Under the pieces are notes generated by a model. It did not search any database. It saw nothing but the letters and a program-made list of their open reading frames with translations, and was not told the origin of the DNA. A stretch of 64,000 bases of DNA from Microthyrium microscopicum. Taxonomy: Eukaryota. This document shows, in pieces, positions 23,202 to 36,975 of this stretch. The stretch is from assembly GCA_010405405.1 (NCBI GenBank), contig MU004232.1, positions 193,540 through 257,539 on the forward strand, given 5' to 3'. The position numbers were made by a program, and so were the translations under genes. Numbering within the stretch: position 1 is the stretch's first letter; each line of letters starts with the position of its first letter.

Positions 23202-23800
23202 AGAAGTTACAGTAGTGTTGTGACGTTTGGGACGTTTTGGGTCCGATTATTATGTATAGATATTACAGAATGAAATACCCGACTGGTTCTTTTGTACTTA
23301 CCCAGAGTCCAAAACAGCAGTGATGATGCATAAGGCTGTACCACGAGCAAAGCCCCAGTTTTGTCTGCAAACGCTAACCTCCTGTCGTATTCAGTGTAGA
23401 GATCGGCAATGATCCATAACAAATTGGGAGTATGACACTAAATTTCAGTCGTATTGATGTAATGGTTTTCTCAACAAACTCCGCTTTTGCCGATAAAACC
23501 GTGGGCTCCACTGCATCGTTGATTATGAGGCATCATCTACCATCTTTCAGCATTTAACTCTCGGACTTAGACTTAAGTCGATGTGTGGCGAGGTTTTCAA
23601 TGTGAGTATTTACCATTAAAGAAGTTTCAAGTCTTCTATTTCAGGATGCCTAGGTCACTGAATTGCCAGCCACATGCATTACCACAATTCGATTCGAACA
23701 TTTGCATCCTCAGATAGGTCCGAAAGTTCCAGGCAATTCTCTCTTCTTCATACAAACCTCTGATGTTAACTACCTTACCTATACCGCAGAAAACATTACC

Positions 23801-25106
23801 ATGAGCAATAAAGCAGCATGGTACACGGAGGTCAAAGGCCGACCATTCAAGGTTGACGACGCTCCTATACCAGAGCCCAAAGCCAACAAAATAGTCATTC
23901 GAAACCACGCCATAGCTATCAATCCAGTCGATGCAGCTATCCAAAGACTGGGCATGCTCGTTACCGAAGACCAACTTCCAAACATCCTTGGTTTTGATGT
24001 GTCCGGGGACATCGTCTCAGTTGGCTCCAAGGTTACCAACTTCAAAACTGGAGACCAGGTCCTAGCAATGCCCAGCAGTTTTCCAGCCAATCTTCCAAGA
24101 ACTGGTACCTTCCAGCTCTACGTTGTCTCAAACACCGTCATTGTCTCAAAAAATCCAGACAGCGTGACATACACACAAGCCAGTGTGCTCCCGTTGTGTA
24201 TGATGGTCGCCGCCATCAGGCTGTATTCGAAAGATACTTTCGATTTGCCATTACCGCAACTCAATCCGAGCCCTTTGAACAAGGTGTTGCTTGCTTGGGG
24301 AGGTAGCTCAAGTGTAGGATCCTGCGCCATTCAGGGTGCCAAAGCAGCGGGTAAGATTTCCCAGGGCCAAACTACACGTCTTGACGACATGCGGTGAAAG
24401 CAAAAAAAAGGTTGTAGTTCCTATCGCACTCGATGGCTACCATACCATGCATTTCTGATCGAGTGTTATGGAGTCCATCGAATATGGCGAATGTTTCACG
24501 TTTGCTGCCAAAAAGACTGTTTGGTCGTTTAAGGCGTGTTAGCTGTCATCATAATCTTCTACTTACGCATTCTAGGCGTCGAGGTGGCCACGACTGCCTC
24601 CGCTGCGAATTTCGAGTACTGCAAATCTATTGGAGCGGACTACGTCTTTGACCATCGAGCTCCAGTGTGGAGGATGATATCGTCCAGGCCTTGGAGGGAA
24701 AGGTCTCCGCCGGCATATTCCTGGCCGTCATGAACCATGAGGCGGACTTTGCAGCTGGAAGGATTGCTCGAAGGCTTGGAGGAAACAAGTTCGTGGCTAC
24801 TGTTTGTGCCACTCCCGCAAGCTTGCCCGAAGGTTTGCCAGGTGATGTCAAATACCATGTTGGTAAGTAGCGGTGTATTCTTCCTTCCATCAGTCACTGA
24901 CACTGCGTTTGATAGTCACGGACATGGTTGCCAGACCAGATCCCTATATCTTTACGAAATGGATCCCAGATGCTCTGGCTGCCGGTCAGCTTCAGTGTAA
25001 ACCAGGTCCCAAGATTGTTGGTCAAGGACTCGAAAAACTTCAAGAAGCTTGTGACTTGATGAGCGCAGGAGTCAGTGCAACAAAGCTGGTTGTTGAGGTT
25101 CCTTGA
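23801..25106 (+). pseudogene. MDR-superfamily enoyl-reductase/quinone-oxidoreductase-like gene with an apparent 1-nt frameshift
   Basis: AIAINPVD, ILGFDVSG, AWGGSSSVGSCAIQ, GADYVFDH and the C-terminal GVSATKLVV. Introns 24351-24575 and 24863-24915. The frame shifts at about 24659 (DHR then SSVEDDIVQAL in another frame). Confidence 0.72.
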
Positions 25107-26376
25107 AGAGAAGAAAATAGGCGAGGGCAAACTATTCGTCGTTTGGTACCTTTTCTTATTACAAATGGCGGAGTATGACTGTTATGCGTTTGTGGTACAA
25201 CACAGCCGAATACGAATATTGTAAAAGATTTTCAAGTCATCTCACCGTTAAATCCCTCCATCTCAACAGACTGAGAAGCCATTATGATATCTCGTAGAAA
25301 CTGCATAAGAGATCGCCACTAACCCAAATTGAGACAAGCTCTTGAAATGATAAGTCAATCCTACACAAGCATGTAGGATGAACTTTAAGGTCTTCTAATC
25401 TGGTACAGCTAGTCAGTGACAGGCGCTTATCTTCTAAAACATGGACATTACCAATTATCGCATCACCTGTGCAAGCAAAGCTAAACATATGATCTTCAGA
25501 TGGTGGCAAGATTAGAACAACTTCATAGCTGCATTATCAACAACGCAGTAAAGGTTTTCCACTGGTCCTGAGAGGTCATAATGCGGTTTGTTAGTTCCCA
25601 AATGCTCCGGTAATAAAGTTCTGTCATTTGCATGTACTGGGTTTTGATGCTATCCCACGCCTTGCCAAGCTGTTTATCAGCCTTGAGGTATGATGTAAAA
25701 TCCCGCATTGAGCCAGCCTTGCATGCGTGAAGATGTCGTCGGCTCCGTCATAGATATCGAGGCCGCCTCTGTACACCAGATATGATTCTCGTGAGAGACC
25801 TAAGACGAGGGAAAACATTTCAAGTATTGGAATAGTGTTTAGCCGCCTACAATAGATTGAAAGGCAGCACGGTCATGCTCTGTCCGGGCGATACCGGCGT
25901 CAAACGGGTTGCTACGGCGAGGACAGGAAGTTGAAGCATCGCGAGCCACGGTTTCCGCGTATCCGGCCGCCCAGAGCCTCGTAACAGCCGAGATATTGTA
26001 TGATGGTAGTAGTCAAAGTTCCGAGGGCATTTGGATGCGACATAAAACACCAGATCGCCCCATTTCTGAGTAATTGAGCAACTTCTTCTGAACTTTCAGA
26101 GAGTTGGAGTGACGTGTATTTTGCCCCACTGCTGCTTCTTTCCCCCACCTTCCCAAGCTCTCAGGTCTCACTGAAAGCATTTAAAAGCTTTCCATTGCTC
26201 CGCTGTGTAAAAACTCTTCTTCTTTACCGCAACTTGCAATTACTCCATCAATTGTAACTCTGCTCCTCTTTAAATCACCAATTCACTAATCGTAAGTTCC
26301 CTATTCTGAGGCGCTGAAGTGCGACCTACTCTACTCAATTTTATGCAAGGCTGATAAGCTCTGTTTCTAGGACAAC

Positions 26377-27650
<1,274 letters not shown>

Positions 27651-27653
<3 letters not shown>

Positions 27654-27692
27654 GATATCGGACGGAGCCAGACTGAATCGTCTCGCCTCTAG
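27651..27692 (+). other. Cryptic read-through extension of GAPDH ending in PTS1 (xDIGRSQTESSRL*)
   Basis: In frame after the TAG: GAT ATC GGA CGG AGC CAG ACT GAA TCG TCT CGC CTC TAG. SRL is a canonical PTS1. Confidence 0.75.
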
Positions 27693-29033
27693 ACAGTAAT
27701 GGTAGCCGCCAGTATTTTTTAAGCGCCGGGTGTCGGTAGTAAAAGAGGCGGAACAGATCAAAACAGGATTAGTTTTGTAGGAAAAGAAACACCAATTGTG
27801 CAGAGGAGTATACTCAAGTTGATAAACAAACGATCAAGATATATAGCTAGTATCGTCGGTCTGGTCCGTCGTAAATCAATAACAAGCTGTTATGATGGAA
27901 CATATCTCCAAGACTACAGAGCGCGGCTGCGCGAGTGTACTCATACGACCGCAGTGATAGCAGCAGTAATCGTAACAAGAACTCAAGACGAAGCGTCGAG
28001 TTTAAGTATAGCGAAGGTAAATCAAAGACAAAATGCAGAAACCTTCGAGAGCCTAGACGTAAGAGGTTGAAAACCAAGGGGGTTGGGATTATGCCGCTAG
28101 CCGTATTAACATCGGCTAAATCTGTTATTTTGATTACGAAGGATTTTAAAACACAGCATTATCCAATGACAGAGAACAGTGGAAAGAGCGCGCGGAAGCC
28201 GGCTGGCCCGAATGCTATGATTGGATGAAGAAGCGGTTAGCCAGGCTGAGAAAAATAGTGCTATGTTCAATCTTAATGAGCTCCAAAGACCATCCAAATA
28301 CCACTTTGTTGACGACTCTGCAAAGCCACAAGGCATACCCAACTACAGTCCTAGCAATCAGAACATCGTCAAGCTTAACACGCTGGTCAGTTGTCGACTT
28401 TTCTCAACTTGCTACGACCAGCCGTTACAATTGGCAAGCACGCAGCCTTTTGCGTTCCACTTCCAGTCTACAGGCTACAGCTCACTTAGGCCGCGAACGC
28501 GTTGCTGGCGCCACTCTTCCTTCTGCCAGCCTCTGTTCATCTGCTTCTATAGCAGTACGAGCACTCTTCTGTTCGCATCTACTCTTTGGGTACGCACGCT
28601 TTGCACCAACTGCGTGTCAACGCCTCAGCGCTCAGCCATTCTGTCGAGCGTCTTCGCACGAGCAATCTACTCAACTCAACACCACCGGGGTCTGGCGCCG
28701 CTGCCTTACTATCGGTCATCTTCTTGATTGTAAGTTCTTGCTTGGCTTATGTCTTTTTTGCACTCATTCCCCTGTGAATCTTGACGTGGCTGCGGGCGGG
28801 TCGCCATTGGCATAGTAGGTCTGAGTAAGTTATTGATACGGTATTGGCGCTGTTCGCTTTCATCTTTTGCCATATGGTTCTGCTTCTCAATCACTTAAAC
28901 AGTTCTTTCCTTCTCATTATTTCTTTTATTTGATCAAAGCATTCTAGCAGTGCGCAATTGGCATACAATCCATTTGGTCTAACAAAATCCCCAGCCCCAC
29001 CAACAGCGCTAAATTCAACTGGGTATATTCACC

Positions 29034-31955
29034 ATGGACGCGGATGAAGATGTCTCCATGGGAGATTTCACCCAGGATACCACCATTGTTCGCGAAGACA
29101 TTACCGTCAATGGCCATACCACTTCAACCAGCCTGCTTGTTGAGTCTGATATACTCCTTGGAGGCTCTTTAGACAGTCCCATGGACACCAACATCCAAAA
29201 CTACATCAACAACGTCGACATTGACGCCGCGATGAACGACTCTCTTGATGATACTACGCAGTCAGCCATGGATGCGCTACAGCAGAACGAATTTCCACAA
29301 GCTTCTACAAGTAGCGATTCAGAATCAGATCAGCGTGAGGGCACCCCACCGAGTCCGCGCCATCATGTTGGCTTGGTGGAGGCATCTCATCAAGAAGATA
29401 CCGCTCTGTTGGATATGGAGGATGCCACCTTCGAACCTAACGCAGATGCTACTGGCGCAGAGCCTATAGAGTACTCTTCCGTGGAAGTAGTCATTCACCG
29501 AGCACCGGATCCAAAACTACCGTACTTATCCAAGAACACTGGACTTGTGTATGACCCACGAATGCGTTTTCACACCGAGCTGGGAGCTACAGAAGACGAC
29601 ATTCATCCTGAAGACCCTCGCCGTATCTGGGAAATCTATCAAGAGCTCATACTAGAAGGTCTTGTTGATGACCCCACGACCCCAATGCTGAACGGCAATT
29701 CCAACAACCATCACCTCCAACGTCTGCAGCGTATCGAGTCGCGCTTAGCAGAAGCATCTGAGGTTGTTCTAGTTCACTCTCAAGAGCACTGGGATTGGGT
29801 TGCAGGACTTTCAGGTAAACTCATCTCGCGCTGGTATACTTATGGTTACTAACTCAACAGATCTAACCGATAAGGAGCTTCGATCCAACGCTAAATCGAT
29901 GGACTCTGTTTATCTTCACAACATGACCTATTATTGCGCTCGTTTATCAGCTGGTGGTGCTATCGAAGCGGCAAGAGCAGTAGTCACTGGGGTCGTCAAA
30001 AATGCAATCGCTGTCATCCGACCTCCAGGTCATCACGCAGAGCATGGTACACCAGGAGGTTTCTGCTTCTTCAACAATGTATGTGTCGCTACTCGAGTTT
30101 GCCAAAAAGACTTCCCAGATTTGTGTCGAAAGGTTCTGATTCTCGACTGGGATGTCCACCACGGCAACGGCATCCAGAACATCTTTGAGGATGACCCAAA
30201 CGTCCTCTACATTTCCCTTCACGTCCACAAGGATGGAGGGTTCTATCCACATGGACCTGCTGGAGATCATCATCACGTAGGAACTGGGGACGCTCAAGGC
30301 AAGAACATCAACATCCCTTGGCCACGACATCACATGACAGACGGCGACTATATGTACGCGTTCCAGCAAATTGTGATGCCTGTTGCACAAGAGTTTAATC
30401 CAGATCTTGTTGTCATCGCAGCCGGATTCGACGCCGCCGAAGGCGATACTCTTGGAATATGCCACGTCTCACCTCAATGCTTCTCTCAAATGACACACAT
30501 GCTTATGTCCCTGGCTAATGGCCGTGTGGTAGCCGCCTTGGAAGGAGGGTATAACCTGCGCTCAATTGCAAGATCAGCGGTGGCTGTCACAAAGACTCTG
30601 ATGGGCGAGGCACCAGCACGCGTAGCAAGTCTATATCCTTCTATGGATGGTGTTGCGACAGTCAAGCTTGTTATTAGCAAACATGCAAAATATTGGCAGT
30701 GCTTGTATCCGAAAGAAACACCGGAAGAACGATCTCAGCGGCTGGGCGGTAAACGTCTTCATGATATTCTGCGCGAGCATCAGGCGAAGACGTGGTTTCG
30801 CGAATACAACATGTCGCCACTTATTCTACGACGGGAAAAGCTCAAGTGTTTTGAGGGTCAAGTTTTGGCTACGTTAGTGCATTTCATTTTAAATTCCTGA
30901 CATTTGCTAACCCCATTCTAGCAATGAACCGGTTAAGGACCAACCGTTGGTGGTGATATTCCATGATCCACCGGAGACCAGTCATATTGATGATCCGAGA
31001 GCTAGTAGAATCGAAACGCACAATGTTATAGTGGTAAGCATAGCTTCAATTTTCATTAATGTTGATGCTGATTTTCAATAGACCAATTATGCCGAAGAAT
31101 ATGTCAAGCGAGCAGTCAGAGATGGCCTTGCCGTCATCGACGTCAACGTCTCACCTTATCTCTCGTCTGGTGATGGTTCCTCCACCTCAAAAGAGGAGAG
31201 AACTTCCAAAATCCATGAACTGGCCTCCTATCTATGGGAAAACTACATTGAAGCTGAAACTTCTGGCAACGTCTTTCTCATAGGCGTTGGTGCTGCCTCA
31301 GAAGCAATCATACACCTACTCAATACACATGGTGAGATTAACTTTGACAATGGCACGTCAAGAAAGCCTTGCTTAACACTACCAGATGGAACAAATGATA
31401 TTGTGGACTGTGTCTTCATGTTCCTGGCCCAACAAACTCTACAAGGCGTCAATAGGCCAGCAGATGACTATCTACCAGCCTGGTACCATCAGGTAAGGAT
31501 GCCATCTCCTCGTATTCTATAATTGTACTAATCCACCCCCCAAGCATTCCATGATCTATGTTGCAGAAAACCACTCTGTATGGCTCCCCGAACGACTCCG
31601 CCGCCTGCGCAAAAAATACGGCAATCTTCTCAAGAGTCCTAAAACCAACACCCAGGATATGCTCGCTGAGCACGAAGAGGAAGTTTTCACACGCATCCTT
31701 ACTGGCACGGCTCACACTGTTGACGGCTCAGAACCTACTCTTGCGAACCTAGAGATTTCGACTACGGCCATTTCAACGACTATTGGGCCGGACGATAGTA
31801 TGACAGGGGATCACTCGTCGAGTGGTGCGGCGAAAGACGAGTTGGGCACGCCAGTCTTGCCGTCGGGGGAAGGAGCTGTGAGCCCGTTGAGAAGTCCGTT
31901 GAAAAGTCCTTTGTCTGAGCAGCCGTTGATGGGTTCTTTTGGTGGTGTGCAGTGA
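29034..31955 (+). CDS. hda1: Class II histone deacetylase (Hda1/Clr3) with C-terminal Arb2-like region
   Basis: TGLVYDPRMRFH, HPEDPRRI, IRPPGHHA, GGFCFFNNV, LDWDVHHGNG, AGFDAAEGD, LEGGYNL. Introns 29815-29860, 30873-30921, 31034-31081, 31332-31385 and 31493-31544, plus a probable 5'UTR intron about 28730-28994. Confidence 0.96.
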
Positions 31956-32660
31956 ATGTGTCAGGGTGTGGAAGGAAGGAAAAGTTCGAGTTGAGCAGTG
32001 GCTTTGGGTGTGGCTATGCCTAGAAGAGATTTCAAAAGGCAGGTGAGGATGAAAGGAAAGAAGTTTTGAGAAGTGGGTTTGAATGATGCTATGGAGCGGT
32101 GGAGGTTGGAGGATGAGGTTTATAAGATATTCTTGGTTAGTTGCATACCACAGATATCAATTCACTGTATGCCGTCCCTCAAATTATCTGTCTGCATGAG
32201 AGATAGTCTTACACATTTGCCTTCTAGGCTCTGTATCCCTGGATTCTGGTCACACAAGTCAATGGCTCGGCAAAATAAATGGCGCGCTCCCATCAGCCTC
32301 GTTGCCTCCCAGAGGCTACGCTCTGTTGTCGAGTGCTTTAGTTGCCATGAAAGCTGCTCAGATTTGAATCATTTATCGAACATAATGGGAAATATAGCAC
32401 CTTTTGCTCAAGAGCGTTGTTGGCAGCCATCAGAGTTTATGGGAGAACGCCATTTATTTTGCCACACCGTTGACGAGTATAGGAACGCAGTTCAATCTCA
32501 CCTTTGTATCTCATAATTTGGTTATACAAAGGCGATTTCATTAAGCCGTTGATCCGATTAAGATCAACCCTCTCAGCACAACGCCAGCGCTATCAAACGA
32601 GCAACTTTTACCTATCTGCCGTCTCTTGCCCCTTGCCAGATTGGGCAAACCCAGGTCTCT

Positions 32661-33269
32661 TCAGTCAGCATCCTCAAGATCTTCATTGGAAAGATAGCCT
32701 ATCGCATCGCGAACATCCCAACGGTGCTTTTTAAGAGCGTCGACCACTCGAAGAATCGACAAGTCAGGAAAGGCATTCTTGACATTCTCAATCTTACGTG
32801 TCTTTTCCACCGGTTCAACACTAGACACCGCCGGTTTCTGCTGTCTCAATGCAAGCGACTGTTCAGATGACGCATCATCAGAGCGACGCTCTGGAGCATT
32901 CATGTTGCCTACTGGGCTATAAGCCGACTCAGACGAGTCCCCAATCTTCGTCACCACAACATTATCCTTCCGATATTCCTTGAACGACTCTGGGTGTGAA
33001 GCCAGGTATTTCTTGAAAAGCACAGGGTCCACTGGCTGCGTACGCCATTCTGTATTACCCTTGAGTTTCGCAAGGTAGAGGTTCCGAAATTCGCCCCAGT
33101 CGGCTATGTTAACGTTCAGAAGTCGACAGAGTGCTTTGCGTAGACCGGCGGCGGGGAGGGATTGTGAGCGGTTGTCTAGAGCGTCGATTAGCTCTTCTGC
33201 GGTGATGAGGCTTGGGTCGATTGATTTCCAGGTCACTGATTTATCGGTTTGTGTGGCTTCTGAGGCCAT
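32661..33269 (-). CDS. Hypothetical protein with C-terminal CUE/UBA-like ubiquitin-binding motif
   Basis: 202-aa ORF; C-terminal KIENVKNAFPDLSILRVVDALKKHRWDVRDAIGYL matches the CUE-like FP...L...A..L pattern. Confidence 0.6.
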   Translation of the reverse strand: MASEATQTDKSVTWKSIDPSLITAEELIDALDNRSQSLPAAGLRKALCRLLNVNIADWGEFRNLYLAKLKGNTEWRTQPVDPVLFKKYLASHPESFKEYRKDNVVVTKIGDSSESAYSPVGNMNAPERRSDDASSEQSLALRQQKPAVSSVEPVEKTRKIENVKNAFPDLSILRVVDALKKHRWDVRDAIGYLSNEDLEDAD

Positions 33270-35734
33270 ATCTGGGGTTCTGAGGTAAGATATCCTCTTA
33301 TAGATATCGTGGTGGATTCTTTTTTTGGTGTGGTGCTAGAGTATCAGAGAGTTTGCTGGATGGGCGGTTGACCGATTGAGATGCGCGAGGCTGTAGTTGT
33401 TGTTAGGTGAAGTTGATGCGCAGCTTTTGAAAAGCGAGGCTCCGTTTGTTGCTTTGAAGAGGAAATTTGCTGCCAGCACATTGTGAAGTAACTACCCTCT
33501 GGTCGCGGGAGCGTCGTGCCTGCCGGATAAATGCATTGATTCGCGCCTGCCACATCTTTTCCAACACTTCAATTTCTTCCAGAGCTTTTGCAAACACACT
33601 CAGAGGTGGATATTTGTACCTAAAAAGACATTCAAGTATGAAAACTAAAATGATGTTCTATATGCTGTTACAAGTGGTCAGTGATTATTCCAAATAGTCA
33701 ACTGGGAATTCTCAGAGACTGCGTGCCTTGTCGAGTTTGAAAGTAACTAAAGTACTTAGTTGAGTATATATACCTAGTGAATTCTTACCGTTCTGCTGCG
33801 TCCTTTTCGGTTCAGATACAAGCGAAAAGGAAAGAGCGATCTGATTCAGAAATACTGGGCTAGGTAGTAGGCATATAAAAGGATTTGGTGCCACCAGAAA
33901 GACTGAGCACGTTGTTTGAACAACAAAAAAAGAAAATTGATTTGAGTTCTATCCATGCGACCAATACTGACGGTCCTAGTAGCTTCTTAAATTATGGCTT
34001 GGTATAAGAAGCTACCAGATTCCCCGAAGGGTGTTTAAAACTAGTTGCTCTATGAGAGTTTCTAGCCCCAGGCGAGGATCGACCTCAGGACGTGGTTGTA
34101 GAAATAACTAGACACTGCAATCAACTCTTTCCGTAAATCGTAGGACTTGCTTATTAAGGGGATCAGCTAGTGTTCAGCTCTACTGTGATTTGCAGCAGCT
34201 TCTTTAGAACAATTGACGATTCGAGGAAACTCTGTAGAGATCGCCACGTGTAAATTCCTGGTTTTTACACAAAATTGAGAGCCATTTCAATATATACAGC
34301 TTTATGTTTTTAACATTGTCTCAACTCTGATTTAATCATTCCCTTTTCACTATTAACTCATAAGCAAATGAATAGCAACAACAATTGACTGAGTCCAATA
34401 TTTTGTTCGAATTGCTAAAATCTAAGCTTTTGATCTTCATGCCGCTGTAATGATACGCAAAGGCTCATCGTCAGTCCCTATGTGTTTCCCCATATTGGAA
34501 ACTTGAAGCTCCAAAACTATCGCAGTCGGATTGAGAACTTAAAATGTCCAAAAAATACCTGACATTTAGTCGTGTCAGTCAAGACATTGGGTGCTGAGCA
34601 CATGTACAGCAAGCACTAGTTACCTCTGTCAAGGTTTTGTTTATTGATACTCCTCATGGATTCTTACCGTATAATATGCGAGAGTATAATTTGGAGCTGT
34701 GTCTCGGTAGTTATTAGTATTGAGCACGTTGGTGAAATATTGCGCCATACAAGAAAGCAGATGTACCCTAGTTAGAACATCTCACGATCTTGATCCTGAG
34801 CAGCGATGCATCATTGCATTTAAACACTGACAGCCCATTATCTACTCACAAGTCCTACAAATCTATGCATCTGGTAAGATAATACAATAAATCTCTATCT
34901 TATAGCAATACCATTACCTTCAATATAATATGTAAAATGTGCACAAGAATAGATCGCACAGCTTAATAAAAACAGCATTAGGAATTTACTCGGCCTTGCC
35001 TACTTTTAATACAATCAATTGAGCTCGCGTCATCCGCTTCTCCTCACAGCCTCTCCGGGACGATACCAAAAGAATCTAGAGGGAACTATGTATAGAGGAA
35101 ACTACGTGGGAAGGTCCGTCAGCAACGCAAATAATCCTTGCACATCTACGCTGGTCAAGGATTTGGCATGGCTGTGCCCCCTCGTCTGTAAGATATCCCC
35201 AATCGAGGGTAGATATTTTAAGGATTGCTGCGCCTAAGATCTATGTTGAATAATGAACCACTTAGAAGTCTATGAGTTTGCCATTCTCGATTGAGGTGCT
35301 GTGACTGTAGCTCTTGATTCGACGATCGATGGACGGCGGTTCAATGGAACCGCTCTTAGCTGACTTATTAAGTTCTTCGTAGTATGAGTTGGGCTTGATC
35401 AATGTATTTGTTACAATCTCCGTGGATGTTGACCCTGGATAGCAGCTTGTGAGCTTGGTGCTTTGGTCCTAAACATGCTGATTGAAGACTGCGCGATGCA
35501 GGCTGATAATTCTAGAGCCGGGCGAAGTCCTAAGTCTTGAAACGCTGATTATGTCTTGTTCATCCAGTCCATCTCATCTTCAGGCGAGCATATTTGCTTC
35601 ATTCCTGTCCAGCTCGCATTATGTTCTGAGAATCGGGTTGAAGCCGAGCAGAATTCAATTATCCCATAGCACCACCAAACTTGTTTCGAGCCTACCTTTT
35701 TAATCCCTATCACTAATTTCCTTTCTTTCGAATA

Positions 35735-36975
35735 ATGAGATATCTTCTCATTCTTTCCCAACTCTGGCTTGGTATATGTTTGGGACAGACTTCAACCACC
35801 CAACGATCATCAAGTCCGTCCTCCACCACAAGCTCACCAGCCAATACTTGGACCGTATCAGTAGGCAAAGGCGATAATTCATTCAGAGTATGCCCATTTG
35901 CGCCAAGCTCTTTCGTTTTGCTAACTGTCAACAGCCTGATTCTCTTCAGGCAAACGTAGGCGATACCGTTCTTTTCCAATTCTATCCAGCCAACCACTCC
36001 GTCGTCCGCGCGGAATACAACTATCCATGTGTGCCATACGACTTGATCAACATCAAGAAGCCTGGATTTGCCAGCGGCTTCAAACCAGTTGATCAAGTCC
36101 TCGACGATCCCCCGTCGTTCAGTGTTCGGATAAACGACACGCTGCCGGTATTCTATTACTGTAGTGCTCCAGGCTTTTGCATAGATAATCAGATGGTTGG
36201 TGTCATCAATCCAGTTCGTGCCCCTTTCGTGCCCCTCTCGATAATGATAACTCACATACTGATACGTCAATAGAACGCGTCTGTTTCGTTAGCCGTCCAA
36301 AAAGATGCCGCAAAAAACTCCAAATACATGCTCCAACCAGGCGACTCGTTTCCCGCCGAAGGAAGCAGTTCCTCTTCAACCTCCTCCTCAAGCAGTGGCA
36401 GTAGCACCAGCACTACTATGCCAACAGTTGCAGCATCCACAAACAACCAAATCCAACAGAAAGCCTCCCTCCCCTCAGGAGCCATAGCCGGCATCGTCCT
36501 TGGCGCCCTCGGCGTCCTAGGTCTCGCCGCAGCACTCTTCTTTTTCATGGGCCGTACCAAAACCCTCCAGGAAAATGTTCATCGACAAAGCATGTCCGCA
36601 GTGACGCCCCCGCTGCCAGCTCATTCCTCGGAACCAATTTATGCCACCGGAGAACCGATATACGCCAATGGGATCATGTACTTTCCAGTAAAGCCAGGAG
36701 ATATCAATCGTATCAGTTTACCAGCATATGGAGGCGTATCGCCGAGAGATATGACACAAAGTCCCATGACATACAACCAGACCAGTCCGGGACGACCTTA
36801 CGTTAATATGAATTTGTATGATCCGCAGGTGCTTCAGCAGATGCAGCAGCAGCAAAGGTTTGTGTAGATGTTGTGCTCTAAAAAACATAGTGCTAACGAT
36901 TGCAGAAGGAATACAGCACATCAAGTCAATGTGGTGCCTGGTGAGATGTTTGCTGCGGCGCCAAAGACAGACTAG
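35735..36975 (+). CDS. Single-pass membrane protein with cupredoxin-like extracellular domain and Ser/Thr-rich stalk
   Basis: Signal peptide; ANVGDTVLFQFYPANHSVV...PC...FYYCSAPGFC...MVGVINP; TM segment LPSGAIAGIVLGALGVLGLAAALFFFM. Introns 35888-35934, 36214-36273 and 36858-36905. Confidence 0.88.

Noticed and set aside
27935..28815. ORFs of 97-196 aa between GAPDH and HDA1
   Set aside because: Mostly non-ATG starts, overlapping frames and no domain; better explained as the HDA1 promoter and 5'UTR with an intron.
33600..35700. AT-richer 2-kb gap as a transposon relic
   Set aside because: No terminal repeats, target-site duplication, or transposase/RT motifs recognised.
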